DNA of 64,000 nt. Source: a virus. Lineage: Duplodnaviria > Caudoviricetes. Position 1 is the first letter of the stretch. Each line of letters opens with the position of its first letter. This document shows, one piece after another, positions 25,201 to 32,932 of this stretch. The notes below the pieces were generated by a model. That model was not told the origin of the DNA and ran no database searches. It saw only the letters and a program-made list of their open reading frames with translations. Made by a program: the position numbers and the translations under genes. The stretch is taken from the IMG/VR virus record IMGVR_UViG_3300037043_000091, positions 7,526 to 71,525 of that record, one strand, 5' to 3'.

Positions 25201-28007
25201 AGAGCCTCAATATCCGCATCATCTGAATCAATCTGGGCGAGGTCTTCGGCGCTGAGCCCAAGTCGCTCGGCTTCGTCTTCGATTGCGGCATTTGCGTAGT
25301 CCTCCAGGTTTGTTTCAAATTGTGGCTTCAGGTCGCCCCGAATGAGGGCCGCCAAAAAATTGGCGTCGTTCTCAAATTCTGCGAACATTTCCGGGTAAAC
25401 CCCCGCCAACTCTTGGAGCAAGGCATCCGGCCCCTGTGCGCCTTTCCGCATATAAGGGAATAGCCTTCTGATTTCTTCGGGCTGAAAGTTCTCCCTGATG
25501 ACCCGGGCGTCCGACTTGAACCCGCCAAAAGCCTTGATGATGGTCTGCCGGTCAAAACGAGCCTCCGCCCTCTGGAGGTTGTATTGCCGCTTCGGCTTGG
25601 CCATGCCGGGGTAAACCCCTGGGGCAATCTCGCCAGGGAGGACCGGCGGGGCTTCCTCTGCTGGGGCCGGAGTCAATGCCGGCGCCTGCCCGGTTGCGGC
25701 CGCAACTTCCGGGGCCGCCTGCTGTTGGAGCGCCTGGTGAAGCCTGGCGGCCTGTTCCCGGATCGTCCCCTTGCCCTGGGCGCTGCCTGCCCATTGCTGG
25801 CGGAACTCGTCGCTGACTCCAAAGGTGGGAACGATAAGGCCGCCCTGGTTCTCGAAGTTGACATTCGGCCAGGCTTTCCTTAAATCCTTGATGTTCTTGG
25901 GGCCGGTGACCGCCGGTGTGGCCCTCTGCGTCACGATCTCGGCAAAGGAAGGAGCGGGGGCCGCTGGGGGTTCCACTTCTGTCGGAACTTCCGTCACTTC
26001 CGGCGGTGCTTCCGTTTTGGCGGTTTTCGCCTTCGCCCTGGCCAACCGCTTTTGCCATTCGGCCTCGGCGGAGTCCACCGCCTTTGTGAGTGCCTCAAAG
26101 GTGGTGGCGTTTTTGGCCCTGGCCCTGGCGATAGGGGTGTCAGCCAGGAAGTCCTTAAACTCCCTTTCGTACAGGGCCTTGACAGCATCCTTCTCAAATG
26201 ACGGGTCAAGCGATCCCCATTGTCTTTCCTCGAACCTCTCACCAATGCGCTGCCGGAGCCGGTCATAAAGGCCCACGGACTCGCCTTCAGCAAGTTCGGT
26301 TACCGGCGCGACCTCAGTTACCGGCGCGACTTCGGTTACCGGCGCGACCTCAGTTACCGGAGCAACCGGGGCCGGGGTGGCCTGCTCTTGAACCGTGGTC
26401 CCCGCCAGGCCGACGGGCTGGACCGGCGGCTTCGGGGCCGGCGGCTCCTTTACCCGGTTCTGGGCCTTCAGTTCTTCGACGTAACCATCCCATGCCTCTT
26501 GCGTCACCTCACCCCGTTGGAGAGCCATATACATTTCGGCGGCCCCGGGGGCGTCAGCCATGCGGAGCCCCGGGATAACCGTTTGCCCCAACTCCACGCG
26601 CAATTTCTCCAGGCCCGGCCTGTTCCCGCTACGCTCCGGCGGCTCATCATAATTCTGAATCCGCTCCACCAGTTCGTCCGCCGTGGGGGCTGCCTCTTTT
26701 ACGGCTGGAGCCTCCCTCACGCCCATGGCCCGGTTTGCCGACTCTATCCCGCCAACGGTGATCGGAGCCGTCGCTCTCCGGGGGGCTTCCTCGGGGGTCT
26801 GTACTGGCCCCTCTGGTGCCACTTCTGTCGGGGCAGGGGCTAACTCCTGCGGGGCTGCCTGCTTCGCTCCGGTCAAAGACGTTTCAGGAGCGGCCCCAGG
26901 AGGCCCCTCAGCCCCTTCCTGGGAACCCATCAAAAGGTCCATTCCGGTGCGATTGAAAGCGCCGCCCGGGGGCGGCACGGTCCCGGCGGGAGGTGTAACC
27001 TCGCCTTCTTTCGGGGCCATGACTCCAGGTTTGGCCAGGGCTCCGGCCCCGCCGCCCAGAATTGCGCCGACTGCGCCGGAGGTCAGGATGTTCTGAAGGT
27101 TCTGCTGTTCCTCTTTGCTCCAGGTGGAAATCACCTCCTGCAAGGACTCCTGGGAGCCTTCCGTTACCATCCCCTTGAGAGCCCGTGCGATGGTCCTGCC
27201 TTCTTTGCCGAAAAACATAAATTTGTCGGTCAGGGTGAGAACCGGGAGGTTAAGGAAGAAGGTCCATGTGGCCGAATTACTAGCCTTGCCCGGGTCTACT
27301 CCTTTTTCAAGCATATCCCGGTAAACCTGACCGGCTTCGGTGGACGCTTCGGTCACGGCCATGGCCCCGGCCCCCATCCACCCGGCTACTTTGGGAGCCA
27401 CCTTGGCCAAAAGACCCAGACCCCGGCCAACGCCGAACCCAGGGATAAAGAAGGTCGCCATGGACCCGGCCCCAGAAGCCAGTTGGTCAATGAAGGACGC
27501 CTCACCTTCCGGCGTTACATCCTTACGGAGTTTCCCCATGTAGTCGCCAAAATCTTTGCCAAAGGCTCCGCCCGTAACCCATTGAAGCGCACCGCCCAGC
27601 CCTTCAGCGGTCCCCAGGGCTCCACTTACAAAGTGCCGGCCCAGGCGCTCCGCCGTTCCCATTTCGGCTTTGGGGGCTGGGGGGGCAATATACGTCGGGA
27701 GCGGCCTGCGAGGTTCTGCGGGACCGGCGGCTGTGGGCGCAACCGCCGGCGTTTCAGGGACGGGAGCCACTTCCTGCACGGCAGCGGCGGCGGCAGGGGC
27801 CGGGGTAGGCCCGGGGGAACCTATCCCGTACTTTTCCTTCAGGGCAGAAAGAGAATCTTGTGCCGGAGCAGGGGGCGGCGCCAGGGGCTCAGCTTCTGTC
27901 AGAGATTTTACAGGAGCGCCAGGGCCTTCAGGTGCGGCGGTAACAGGAGCGGCAATCCCGTACTTCTCCTTTAAAGCCGTAAGAGAGTCGTCAGCAAAGT
28001 CAGCCAT
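16260..28007 (-). CDS. giant (3915 aa) polyvalent DNA-ejection/internal virion protein
   Basis: Single open frame; N-terminal Gly/Ala hydrophobic segments, HEIFH metallopeptidase motif, LPD38-like C-terminus; last gene of the ejection cluster. Confidence 0.85.
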   Translation of the reverse strand: MADFADDSLTALKEKYGIAAPVTAAPEGPGAPVKSLTEAEPLAPPPAPAQDSLSALKEKYGIGSPGPTPAPAAAAAVQEVAPVPETPAVAPTAAGPAEPRRPLPTYIAPPAPKAEMGTAERLGRHFVSGALGTAEGLGGALQWVTGGAFGKDFGDYMGKLRKDVTPEGEASFIDQLASGAGSMATFFIPGFGVGRGLGLLAKVAPKVAGWMGAGAMAVTEASTEAGQVYRDMLEKGVDPGKASNSATWTFFLNLPVLTLTDKFMFFGKEGRTIARALKGMVTEGSQESLQEVISTWSKEEQQNLQNILTSGAVGAILGGGAGALAKPGVMAPKEGEVTPPAGTVPPPGGAFNRTGMDLLMGSQEGAEGPPGAAPETSLTGAKQAAPQELAPAPTEVAPEGPVQTPEEAPRRATAPITVGGIESANRAMGVREAPAVKEAAPTADELVERIQNYDEPPERSGNRPGLEKLRVELGQTVIPGLRMADAPGAAEMYMALQRGEVTQEAWDGYVEELKAQNRVKEPPAPKPPVQPVGLAGTTVQEQATPAPVAPVTEVAPVTEVAPVTEVAPVTELAEGESVGLYDRLRQRIGERFEERQWGSLDPSFEKDAVKALYEREFKDFLADTPIARARAKNATTFEALTKAVDSAEAEWQKRLARAKAKTAKTEAPPEVTEVPTEVEPPAAPAPSFAEIVTQRATPAVTGPKNIKDLRKAWPNVNFENQGGLIVPTFGVSDEFRQQWAGSAQGKGTIREQAARLHQALQQQAAPEVAAATGQAPALTPAPAEEAPPVLPGEIAPGVYPGMAKPKRQYNLQRAEARFDRQTIIKAFGGFKSDARVIRENFQPEEIRRLFPYMRKGAQGPDALLQELAGVYPEMFAEFENDANFLAALIRGDLKPQFETNLEDYANAAIEDEAERLGLSAEDLAQIDSDDADIEALEREAIQNEGEYEPIRDEGEDYFFDLNPVEKTPWEVFNPRDGKVIRRFKTEAEAAAYAKKHGGLDYDNAEGTAGTIAAPFFSKMQRHIEAKLPGRGTPQETIDLLENWAGMKEIGKNKKGEPIFSHGEYKKDELLLSGVIPWIKAQAKKLEAVDKQGLAITGKPKPAHITKRQILEYLGTSEPHITDVFKGGDQNAPPGPTEMFRINELTQKADEREAFLSELIANGHAALHAAGYSQVDRANAMAAMIDGSHPDHDSRIEEARFQAPDFNWLALAEARGVIDDYRAQARELMTRRRPSATKYARYQLPGAIPDTYTEVVMTLDPQRPSPEGMAAREAAAARYRPKIDSLRIRIENLESQAKEAGPTIKEAMAHVDDLIHEKNVAALKAWKKEHEAWEKAVELDGMGNPTIPEPEAPAPQNEGNGPIAIRELMSTAKGVSEMWLKTLKVWDPNYNWEGVIKRTRLTREAQVYRDDLDDIRSQQNIAINKAYTLPKGAGYKHSHWDEQNPVAHVRFALYKDRAGNIWLVVNGDFQSDWAAAGRHQGYARSIQERLDAGELKLQGYRYVEPEEGGKFKVEGLMAGQEPAKLGEFNSHKEASRFIEQQIEDRINELVDQNDAEYQPGQEFDDLPPAVQNRIVTRNELIERTQNDQSGYRITHPKTEGDWVEVPDADATHYSVLFPGEEGWEDLESGPGGLYETKDDAVRGAEMYFKDGLSGVPQHPMPNTWHEYVIKWLLRYAAERNYKGVAWTTGQQQFKRWGSDRIDWQKPEAGPQVKPAIPDYAKNYTAKFLANDLYHIMDGDQVIGYGRAGAGGEHEAVWRFTRDPEQKIAQFTDTQLIQALGAEDLISLDFNGDPLGREDYWKDDGEGGMFFDRAQAIEDLIEDGASGGREAYANIFEAAGEDYNPHLEYPKAGPPGAFLVSATEQYQGDMGAGADGVLQTIEDMARERGHLLENRGSFVRDKSGLREILGRVLNRERTPGEIDKLTDRVWEKMQAEPEGSMLPRKEFFELIYDKAPKKFLAGYAKQWKSQVGPVEIESGQSGQQYTKEPPPPKEIEDATKDQRLGLEIRKQAQKVYEALTANGYLRADTFGSNYKRKFSEAMSKYGSQTLAHYFGGDLVFSSGYQGVHGIEATESMVESVLYQGQPMYDLNELSLIANRRPLTKFEQRLKNILEEYPKADPQRAAMTLRAQPKATDEQIALLATTEKETAAKVMAASAIAGVRQAQAAKAKGPAQAGLFGESVGPAGGLFDDSPRAVLPPGARAAKPRTEADIIRDMDKIIAAATKRRDESPSPNKGLSPSEYDWMTDEEREQMHKLQMELIPLRQQSNAGAAARVAEKRAARVAANKEAEANAQEAAGVPPDRQAGNAVGTGDLSQDAQRRARELAYIESRRNPEADGYIAQEAGLWEGVEPGSDEFANSPKVQAIREVVDKRTDVHEVITVAEAPFSAVLVPRTEGGYTLVVSEKGSVRGTHEQSWGHEIFHLDEKADDPKALKLINAINTRSYEFQAYKDALNKIREGVGLKPLGDRAVQSEVAADLANGLTRKDLHGEEIDLSQALWPKDARAALAPYPGAKFAEAPEKLQEIRGPPLEVDPGKLNFNRKGQAKRPLDSVIGYDKDGRTVFGWRQSGSLGIRNAAWVIEVNGRPELRSRIGDEKKAREYAAMLIDSKNSIEEGVLSKEDFVATKAGAIRIGDEVRAPLGRPHGMTWVKVVGLEGNTATVDTPFGSHKIDADRLIKSDEFSHLRTAPEETKGKVGKRTLTQEPLFSVEEEKGFAAFQAKLEKIQAEQKAWADENIKLAGEKPSGVRMQSTTDPNKQILIHRSTYPGLKGKWQITYLDKWGGDTPRDGMGNILGTDTEGRAPSGHEIANTLEEAIREASKAYDGSRNRNTFKVIGTSKTVDGSTFSLEPGEERQPYVISAVPMSQKEFEIKLDENQGKLWKELTGPGGRDIPLYEGERYVGTRAGNAVVNVKGKNVLLTKADLWERFFKPERAVLPAGTETAIPEGLLGVPERPGPEGTIEAPPKPSILRALREMGSAANLSKKAELVQSSIIRWLGWGAREMEKAATILDKYYDRFNKMTRDDLLDFTNTVETTKIEDLKKMAEEGRFDPTLLEAAQAWRALADGIHATRSLLKEQAAEDAKAAGKTAPDTETAYWDEYFPRLFKNPELASQVIQAALRGSQSRGLTGTESFKKMRTMKLFSDSVKPKLEVRSGENGTFDVVQVDLYGKKEDQVIENFTDKSLADLMVKEKGGLGLEPLDNNYVNMMKANLYEQFRFVVGKYIEKDLKDSEFITRKPTPGWEALKGDKTLEGYYAHSDVARVLENFLSKGIGKNVLYKFYNTPTSFINTIMVGLSAFHATFSLISSMALGTGINITRAVGAAMTGRMGLAGHYLAEVGRTFDIPTQYKLGGKAAGEYSVPGSQGDTELSKLMDLLTKGGMRQQLKTYQQMLDTFKKPSQADLNTLSKSFAEVLDEVSGMPRKVVEAMAWPIMGQLVPRLKIASALRTLQMELKIAENAGKSLSEQDLVSLAQEVMRKHDNIFGQMVYDNLSMKRGMRDALRLFVGFPGWNIGSFTDILQAGKGLAHIAGQTKQAGADLLRGKMPSWEEMSRQNRMSMEFYLGTALIMAVAGALAQRLLAGDWPEDMKDLFMPRTGSLMPNGQPERLRLPTYMRDVLGLAHPVEMVKHKLNFPLRMFSALTDNQDFFGEQIRDPYATLGTQVVQTGEYVGKTLLPFGIQGYLATDAPKARALNLIGITKVPRAYSNTAAMNVIDEYNKQNRATMTSKQVAEEKLLKRELRELAQQGDVEGFKEKAKEAMTAGDLSRQQIKTIVAESQAPAGLGRFVALPVEWQIRAWKEATEKERGLWQPYFLKKIASANPEILIRNREALDPVLREMGADKVADLIHDLKLTEKATKFNNLAALGIQRPTREMQDIDTVDVAMVRLIQKENDRLGREPLNRREKKNPYNFLGIQ
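26295..26366 (-). repeat. 4 x 18-bp in-frame tandem repeat (VAPVTE)
   Basis: Alternating TTCGGTTACCGGCGCGAC / CTCAGTTACCGG(C/A)GC(G/A)AC units. Confidence 0.9.
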
Positions 28008-28019
28008 TCGATCACCTTT

Positions 28020-29195
28020 TTATTGAGCCGGACCCCATTCTTTGGGGCGCATCCAGTTGGGCGTAAATCCCCGTCCAAGCATTTCGAGTTGCTGACTGGC
28101 CGATGTGCCGGGCTGGGATTCTGGGAATTTGGTCTGGAAAGCCTTGGCGTTTTCCAGCAAATACTTCCTTTTGTCCCCCGGGTCTTTTTCCAGGTCAGCC
28201 ACAAAAGCAGTCGCTTTGTCCAGGGGCATCCCGTGAAGTGCCGCCACGTTTTCAGGCGTCAAGCGGCTCTTGATAGCGTTGATGGTCATCGTCCCCTTGT
28301 GGTAATCCTGGGCTGCTGGCAGTCCGTGGCGCTTTGCCACCTCATATCCGCCATGGTAATCACCGAAATCCGGGTCACCAGGTTTCGGCACCGCATCCTT
28401 GCCGGTTGCAGTTTTGTAAAACTCATTGTAGTCCGCTGCGTGTTGACTGCCCACGGCTTCCTTCTCGGCTCTTATGGGGGCCAAGGACATCGCCTTGTGG
28501 TAGCCTCTCGCCCCGGTTACGTCGATGTCAGCCGCGTCCTGCAACAACCGTTTTTCATACGCCTGCTTTACCGGCACCATGTCCCGGTAATTCTTCCTTG
28601 CGCCTTCAGTCCGCGCCTGAATCCATTCGGGGCTTCCTACCCGGGCCGCCGTCGCCAAGTTCGGGTTCACCGTTTCCCTGTTCATCCCCTTAATCACTTC
28701 GACTCCAGGGGCCGGAGCAGCCGCAGGGGCCGGGGCCGCAGGGAGCCATTCGGGCTTTACCGGCGCTCCACCAGCTACCACATCCCCGCCGGCAGCCCGG
28801 CGGTTCGCTCCCCTCCGCAAGTCCCTGGGCAGCTTGTGGTTCGGGATGATCGTGCCATTGGTGTCGGGGACCATCAGTTCCGGCCCCTTCTCGCCAACCA
28901 GATATGGCCGCCTGCCCTGTACCGGGCCGCCCTTGGCCATTCTCATGTAGTAATCATAGTTTTCTTTGGGGGTCACGGCTGCAGCAAGGGTCTGGTCGGC
29001 GGAATACTTGTGAGCCGCCGCCCCTGTTTCCGCCCCAAACATGGAGGCCTCCGCCGCCTTTTCCGCCCCGTAACGGTGGGCCTCCGCCGATGCCCCGGAA
29101 GTGATGTCGGCAACTTCCTTTGCGCTATCGGCCCTGATCCTGGCTTCTTCAAGTGCGGTTGCCCCCTTCTGGGCTTCGACGCTGGCGTAACTCAT
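28020..29195 (-). CDS. ejection (pilot-like) protein
   Basis: A..YGA/YSAD repeats; AKGGPV..PYLVGEKGPEL.VP..G.IIPN motif. Confidence 0.7.
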   Translation of the reverse strand: MSYASVEAQKGATALEEARIRADSAKEVADITSGASAEAHRYGAEKAAEASMFGAETGAAAHKYSADQTLAAAVTPKENYDYYMRMAKGGPVQGRRPYLVGEKGPELMVPDTNGTIIPNHKLPRDLRRGANRRAAGGDVVAGGAPVKPEWLPAAPAPAAAPAPGVEVIKGMNRETVNPNLATAARVGSPEWIQARTEGARKNYRDMVPVKQAYEKRLLQDAADIDVTGARGYHKAMSLAPIRAEKEAVGSQHAADYNEFYKTATGKDAVPKPGDPDFGDYHGGYEVAKRHGLPAAQDYHKGTMTINAIKSRLTPENVAALHGMPLDKATAFVADLEKDPGDKRKYLLENAKAFQTKFPESQPGTSASQQLEMLGRGFTPNWMRPKEWGPAQ

Positions 29196-29198
29196 GGT

Positions 29199-30311
29199 TT
29201 ATTCCTCCTGTTTTCCCTGATCCCCGTAGAATGTGATTGGCACAATTTGCCATTTGGACTTGTCGCAATCGGCCTGCACGTCGTCGTCTTCGGAACTCTG
29301 GTAGTCCTTAGTTATGCTGACGTCCTTCAAAATCGTAACCCGATCCCCCACCTTATACTCTGCAAAATCTGAGGGCTTCAGGGTTATGGGTTCTGCCAAG
29401 TTGTGCCATTTCACCTTATAGGTGGAAAAATGATAGTCCCCGCCTTCGATAATTTCTTCAATGGTCCCGGTGGTAAGGAACACCCCGTCCACCCAATTCC
29501 CGGCGTAGATAAAGGGGGAAGATTTCTGTTCACCCCATGGTAGACCGCGCAACATTCTGACGCCCAGGCCGATGAACTCCCCGGGGATCGGCCACTTCCG
29601 GTCCCCCTCGCAGACCTCCCCGTCCCCCGTCAAGACCATCTGAAGCCACCAATGCCTCCGTAACCTTACCGCCCGGCCGGCAAAGATATAAACTACCATG
29701 TGGTAACCGGACGCTTCCTTGGTCCTCTTGTACAGCTTATTCAGCAGCACCCTTTCTTCATCAGGCCAGATAAACCATGCAGGCGGCTTCGGAGGGGTCT
29801 TCTTGCCACCTCCGTCCTGGGCCACGACCTTCACATTTCCGTCCTCATCGGGGAGGGATGACAGTTCCCCTATGGCCATCATCATTTCCACCGCTTCAAT
29901 CTGGAACCCGGCCACGAAGTTCATAATCAGGTAGATGGGGCCGGAAACCCCTTCCGGCTGGCTCATAGGGGGGGCGCTGGTGCCAGCAGGTAGCCCTGAC
30001 ATATCGGGGGGCGGCTTGGAAAGCGCTTCAGCGGTCAAAGCCTCTCCACCAGAGGCCACCTTGTATTTGGCATCAAATATCAGGTATCGCCCGGCCTTGG
30101 TCTTGAAAGGGTAAATTCCCAGCCTCTCCAGGTTTTCGTACAAGGGCGAGTCTTCTTCGATAAATCCCACCTGTCCGGTCTGTCCAGGCTCCGTGTCCAG
30201 GGCCCACCAGAAAATCGCCTGGTCATCCTCCCGAACTCGGGTGGCCACCAGTTCATCGTCCAGCCGTTGCTGGTATTCAGCCTGGAGTTCCTGGACGCTT
30301 TTGAAAGACAC
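29199..30311 (-). CDS. tail-associated protein with C-terminal OB-fold-like segment
   Basis: YKVKW..SDFAEYKVGDRVTILK; position in tail cluster. Confidence 0.55.
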   Translation of the reverse strand: MSFKSVQELQAEYQQRLDDELVATRVREDDQAIFWWALDTEPGQTGQVGFIEEDSPLYENLERLGIYPFKTKAGRYLIFDAKYKVASGGEALTAEALSKPPPDMSGLPAGTSAPPMSQPEGVSGPIYLIMNFVAGFQIEAVEMMMAIGELSSLPDEDGNVKVVAQDGGGKKTPPKPPAWFIWPDEERVLLNKLYKRTKEASGYHMVVYIFAGRAVRLRRHWWLQMVLTGDGEVCEGDRKWPIPGEFIGLGVRMLRGLPWGEQKSSPFIYAGNWVDGVFLTTGTIEEIIEGGDYHFSTYKVKWHNLAEPITLKPSDFAEYKVGDRVTILKDVSITKDYQSSEDDDVQADCDKSKWQIVPITFYGDQGKQEE

Positions 30312-30319
30312 CCTGCCCC

Positions 30320-31489
30320 CTATGAAATCGACATCGTGGTGAAGTCGGCGTTGTTGGAAAGCCTGGTCACTTCGCGACTGGCGCTCACTTTCGCCTGGGC
30401 CTTGTAAGCCCTTACCTGGTAATCTGTTTCTACGTCGTTTCTTTTCATCGCCAATTCGAGTTTGGTTTCCATCAGGGCTATCTTTGCAGCCGTCAAATCT
30501 GACTGCAAGGAGCGCTCCTGACCGAGATTGATATTGGTCCTCTCTTGCTCGTAGACGAACACGTCACGGGCGTTGTCAATTTCGGTTTCTCGCAAGTCCT
30601 CTTGCACCTTGTCCACCAGCAGCTTCAGGCCAATCTCGGCTTCCAGGTCGGCGCCACTCTCAATCTGGATCGTATTGATAGCCTCCCGGGTATCCCACAG
30701 GGACAGCATATCATCAAGGTGCGACTGGATATAGGCGAACCCGCGGGTGAGTTCTTCTTTGGATACCTGGTATTTGGTTTCCGTCAGGCCCTTCACCAGG
30801 ACGTCCGCATAAATATTGGCCACGTCGGCCTGGAGGGTCGCCTTGTCGGCTTCGGCCACATAAACTTCGGTCTGGGCTGCTATCAGTTTGATCTCAGCTT
30901 CGCCGGCCTCTATCCCGGCCAGAGCGGCCCGGACATGGGCCTTGGCCACATCAACCTTGGCCTTGGCAATATCCGCCTCCACCTGGGCCTGCTCGATGGT
31001 TTGCAGATAGGTCTTGGTCTGGACTTCCAGCAAGTGCAGGGCTTCTTTGTCGATAGCCAGGTTGACCTTGGCTTCCTCATTCGCCAGTTGCTCGACTTCC
31101 ACCAGGGCGGCATACTCCTTGGCCGCCATGATAAGGCCCTTCACCTTGGCGTCGTAAACCCGGGCCGCTAACGTGTACTCGTCGGCAGCCCTTTCAATGG
31201 CGATCTTCGCCCGGCCCGTGGCGGCCTTCTGGTCGGCCAGATAAACGTCCTGATCAACTTCGGCCTGGCTCAACTCAATGGTCTGGTCCCGGTGGCTTTC
31301 TTTGATCCCCCATGCCTCGTCGCTGATTGCCATGTGGTTTTCAATGCCCGGGGTGGCCAGGACGTCCAGGGATTCCTCCAGGTCCTCCAGGGGAGCCATG
31401 ACCCCGCCATAAAGAAAGGCGAACCTGGTTGAAGCGTTGCGTTGCCGGGTTCGTGTGGCCAAAGCCTGTTTTTCAACGGTATCCATCAT
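30320..31489 (-). CDS. coiled-coil ejection/tail protein
   Basis: A/E/K/Q-rich heptads throughout. Confidence 0.7.
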   Translation of the reverse strand: MMDTVEKQALATRTRQRNASTRFAFLYGGVMAPLEDLEESLDVLATPGIENHMAISDEAWGIKESHRDQTIELSQAEVDQDVYLADQKAATGRAKIAIERAADEYTLAARVYDAKVKGLIMAAKEYAALVEVEQLANEEAKVNLAIDKEALHLLEVQTKTYLQTIEQAQVEADIAKAKVDVAKAHVRAALAGIEAGEAEIKLIAAQTEVYVAEADKATLQADVANIYADVLVKGLTETKYQVSKEELTRGFAYIQSHLDDMLSLWDTREAINTIQIESGADLEAEIGLKLLVDKVQEDLRETEIDNARDVFVYEQERTNINLGQERSLQSDLTAAKIALMETKLELAMKRNDVETDYQVRAYKAQAKVSASREVTRLSNNADFTTMSIS

Positions 31490-31495
31490 GGCTCC

Positions 31496-32746
31496 TTATG
31501 TTATGGTCTTCCATTGATAATTCCAGGCCGTGCTGTTAATGACTTCTTTGACCTTGCCCGTGGCCTCAATGGCGGCAACGTGTTCCATCCCCTTGTCGAT
31601 AATGCTCTGCCAAAGGCCAAAACCATACATGAGCCCCGTTGAACTTGTCCTGCCTTCCCATTCTTCCCAGAGATTATGGGCCTCTTGCTTCCAGATTTCT
31701 TTATCAGCGTCAGCCGTGATCTGGTGACGAGCCAGGGACGTGTCGAACTTGAGAAGGAGTCCGTCCTTCTCCAGGTCTTCCTTCTTAGCCAAGATGCTGG
31801 CCCGGACCTCATTGGCATACTGTTGGAGCAACCGGCTGGCCTCCGCCCTGGCAAACATGGTCGCCTTGTCCTGGGAAACCAGGGTCTTTTTCGCGTTTTC
31901 CAGCGTGTTCTCCGCTACCCGGATCAGGTGCTTTGCTGATTCTTCAGCATCCTTCAGTTCGATCCGTTCATACCCCAATTCGATGATTGCCTTGGTGAAA
32001 GGAATCTCCGCCACAATGGCCGCGGCCAACTTCTGCCGGGCGTCGGCCTTACTGAGGTAGAAGGGGATCATTTCCCGCTTGACGCCGGCCACAACCATTT
32101 GGGCAGCCAGCAAGGTGGTCAATGTTTCCGCACGGCGGTTCTCGGCGGCCAGCACCAGTTCTTCGGCGGCCAAGACCTCGTAGATGCTCCCGATGATCTC
32201 CAGCTTCTTTTCAGCCGTGGCCAGTTGAGCCCTCACCAGGGCCGTTTCGTAGGGCAAGGTGGCAGCTTCCGCCTCCACCAGGTCAGCCTTCAGGGCCGTG
32301 ACCCGCCTTTCTGCTTCGGCCCTGGACTGGATAATTGAGCGCTGGCGGAGGTCCACTTCGGAATTGAGCCTTACCACATCGGCCAACCCCTGGTCCCGGA
32401 GGGCCGTGTTCTCGGCCTGTTCAATCGCCAGGGCGTTCATCAGTTCTTCCCGGTAAAGTTCCATGGCCAGCTTGGCCAGGCTCACCACCAGCTTCATGGC
32501 AAATTCGTCTTGCTCGAACAGGACCTTCCGGCGGTCATCGTAAATCTTGCCGTTGGCTTCCGTCAGCTTGTCCTTGATCTCCTGGCCGGCCGCCAGGATA
32601 GCCCCCAGGGTCACCCCCGGGGCAGACGAAAAGCCCCGCCCGGCAGCTTCGGACAGGGCCTTGTCGGTGGCAGCCTGAAGGTCGCCCACCAGCTTTTGGT
32701 TATCCAGGGCCCACCTGGCGCTCTCGGTGCGGTTAAAGTCCGTCAT
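31496..32746 (-). CDS. coiled-coil ejection/tail protein
   Basis: GGGGAGG RBS before MTDFNR; helical, EAAGRGF motif. Confidence 0.7.
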   Translation of the reverse strand: MTDFNRTESARWALDNQKLVGDLQAATDKALSEAAGRGFSSAPGVTLGAILAAGQEIKDKLTEANGKIYDDRRKVLFEQDEFAMKLVVSLAKLAMELYREELMNALAIEQAENTALRDQGLADVVRLNSEVDLRQRSIIQSRAEAERRVTALKADLVEAEAATLPYETALVRAQLATAEKKLEIIGSIYEVLAAEELVLAAENRRAETLTTLLAAQMVVAGVKREMIPFYLSKADARQKLAAAIVAEIPFTKAIIELGYERIELKDAEESAKHLIRVAENTLENAKKTLVSQDKATMFARAEASRLLQQYANEVRASILAKKEDLEKDGLLLKFDTSLARHQITADADKEIWKQEAHNLWEEWEGRTSSTGLMYGFGLWQSIIDKGMEHVAAIEATGKVKEVINSTAWNYQWKTIT

Positions 32747-32930
32747 AGGGCCTCCCCAGGCCATGATTGAAATACGGAGCCTGCGGCACCGATTTGTCGC
32801 CCGGCTTAACGTCCACTACCCTGGCCTCTGGGTTTTTGAGGATGAACTCTTGCTTCTCAAGGTCGGCCGCTAACTGTTTTCCGGTCTGCCGCCCGAAAAA
32901 GTTCCTTCCATAATGGACCCTGAATTTCAT
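32733..32930 (-). CDS. hypothetical protein
   Basis: GGAGG RBS, fills the gap, 65 aa. Confidence 0.6.
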   Translation of the reverse strand: MKFRVHYGRNFFGRQTGKQLAADLEKQEFILKNPEARVVDVKPGDKSVPQAPYFNHGLGRPYDGL

Positions 32931-32932
32931 GC

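Noticed and set aside
28023-29372. Long plus-strand ORFs opposite structural genes (also 32969..34168, 45571..46572, 48916..50079, 51238..52203, 55570..56418)
   Set aside because: Antisense shadows of GC-rich genes; no RBS or motifs, and the minus-strand genes have clear family signatures
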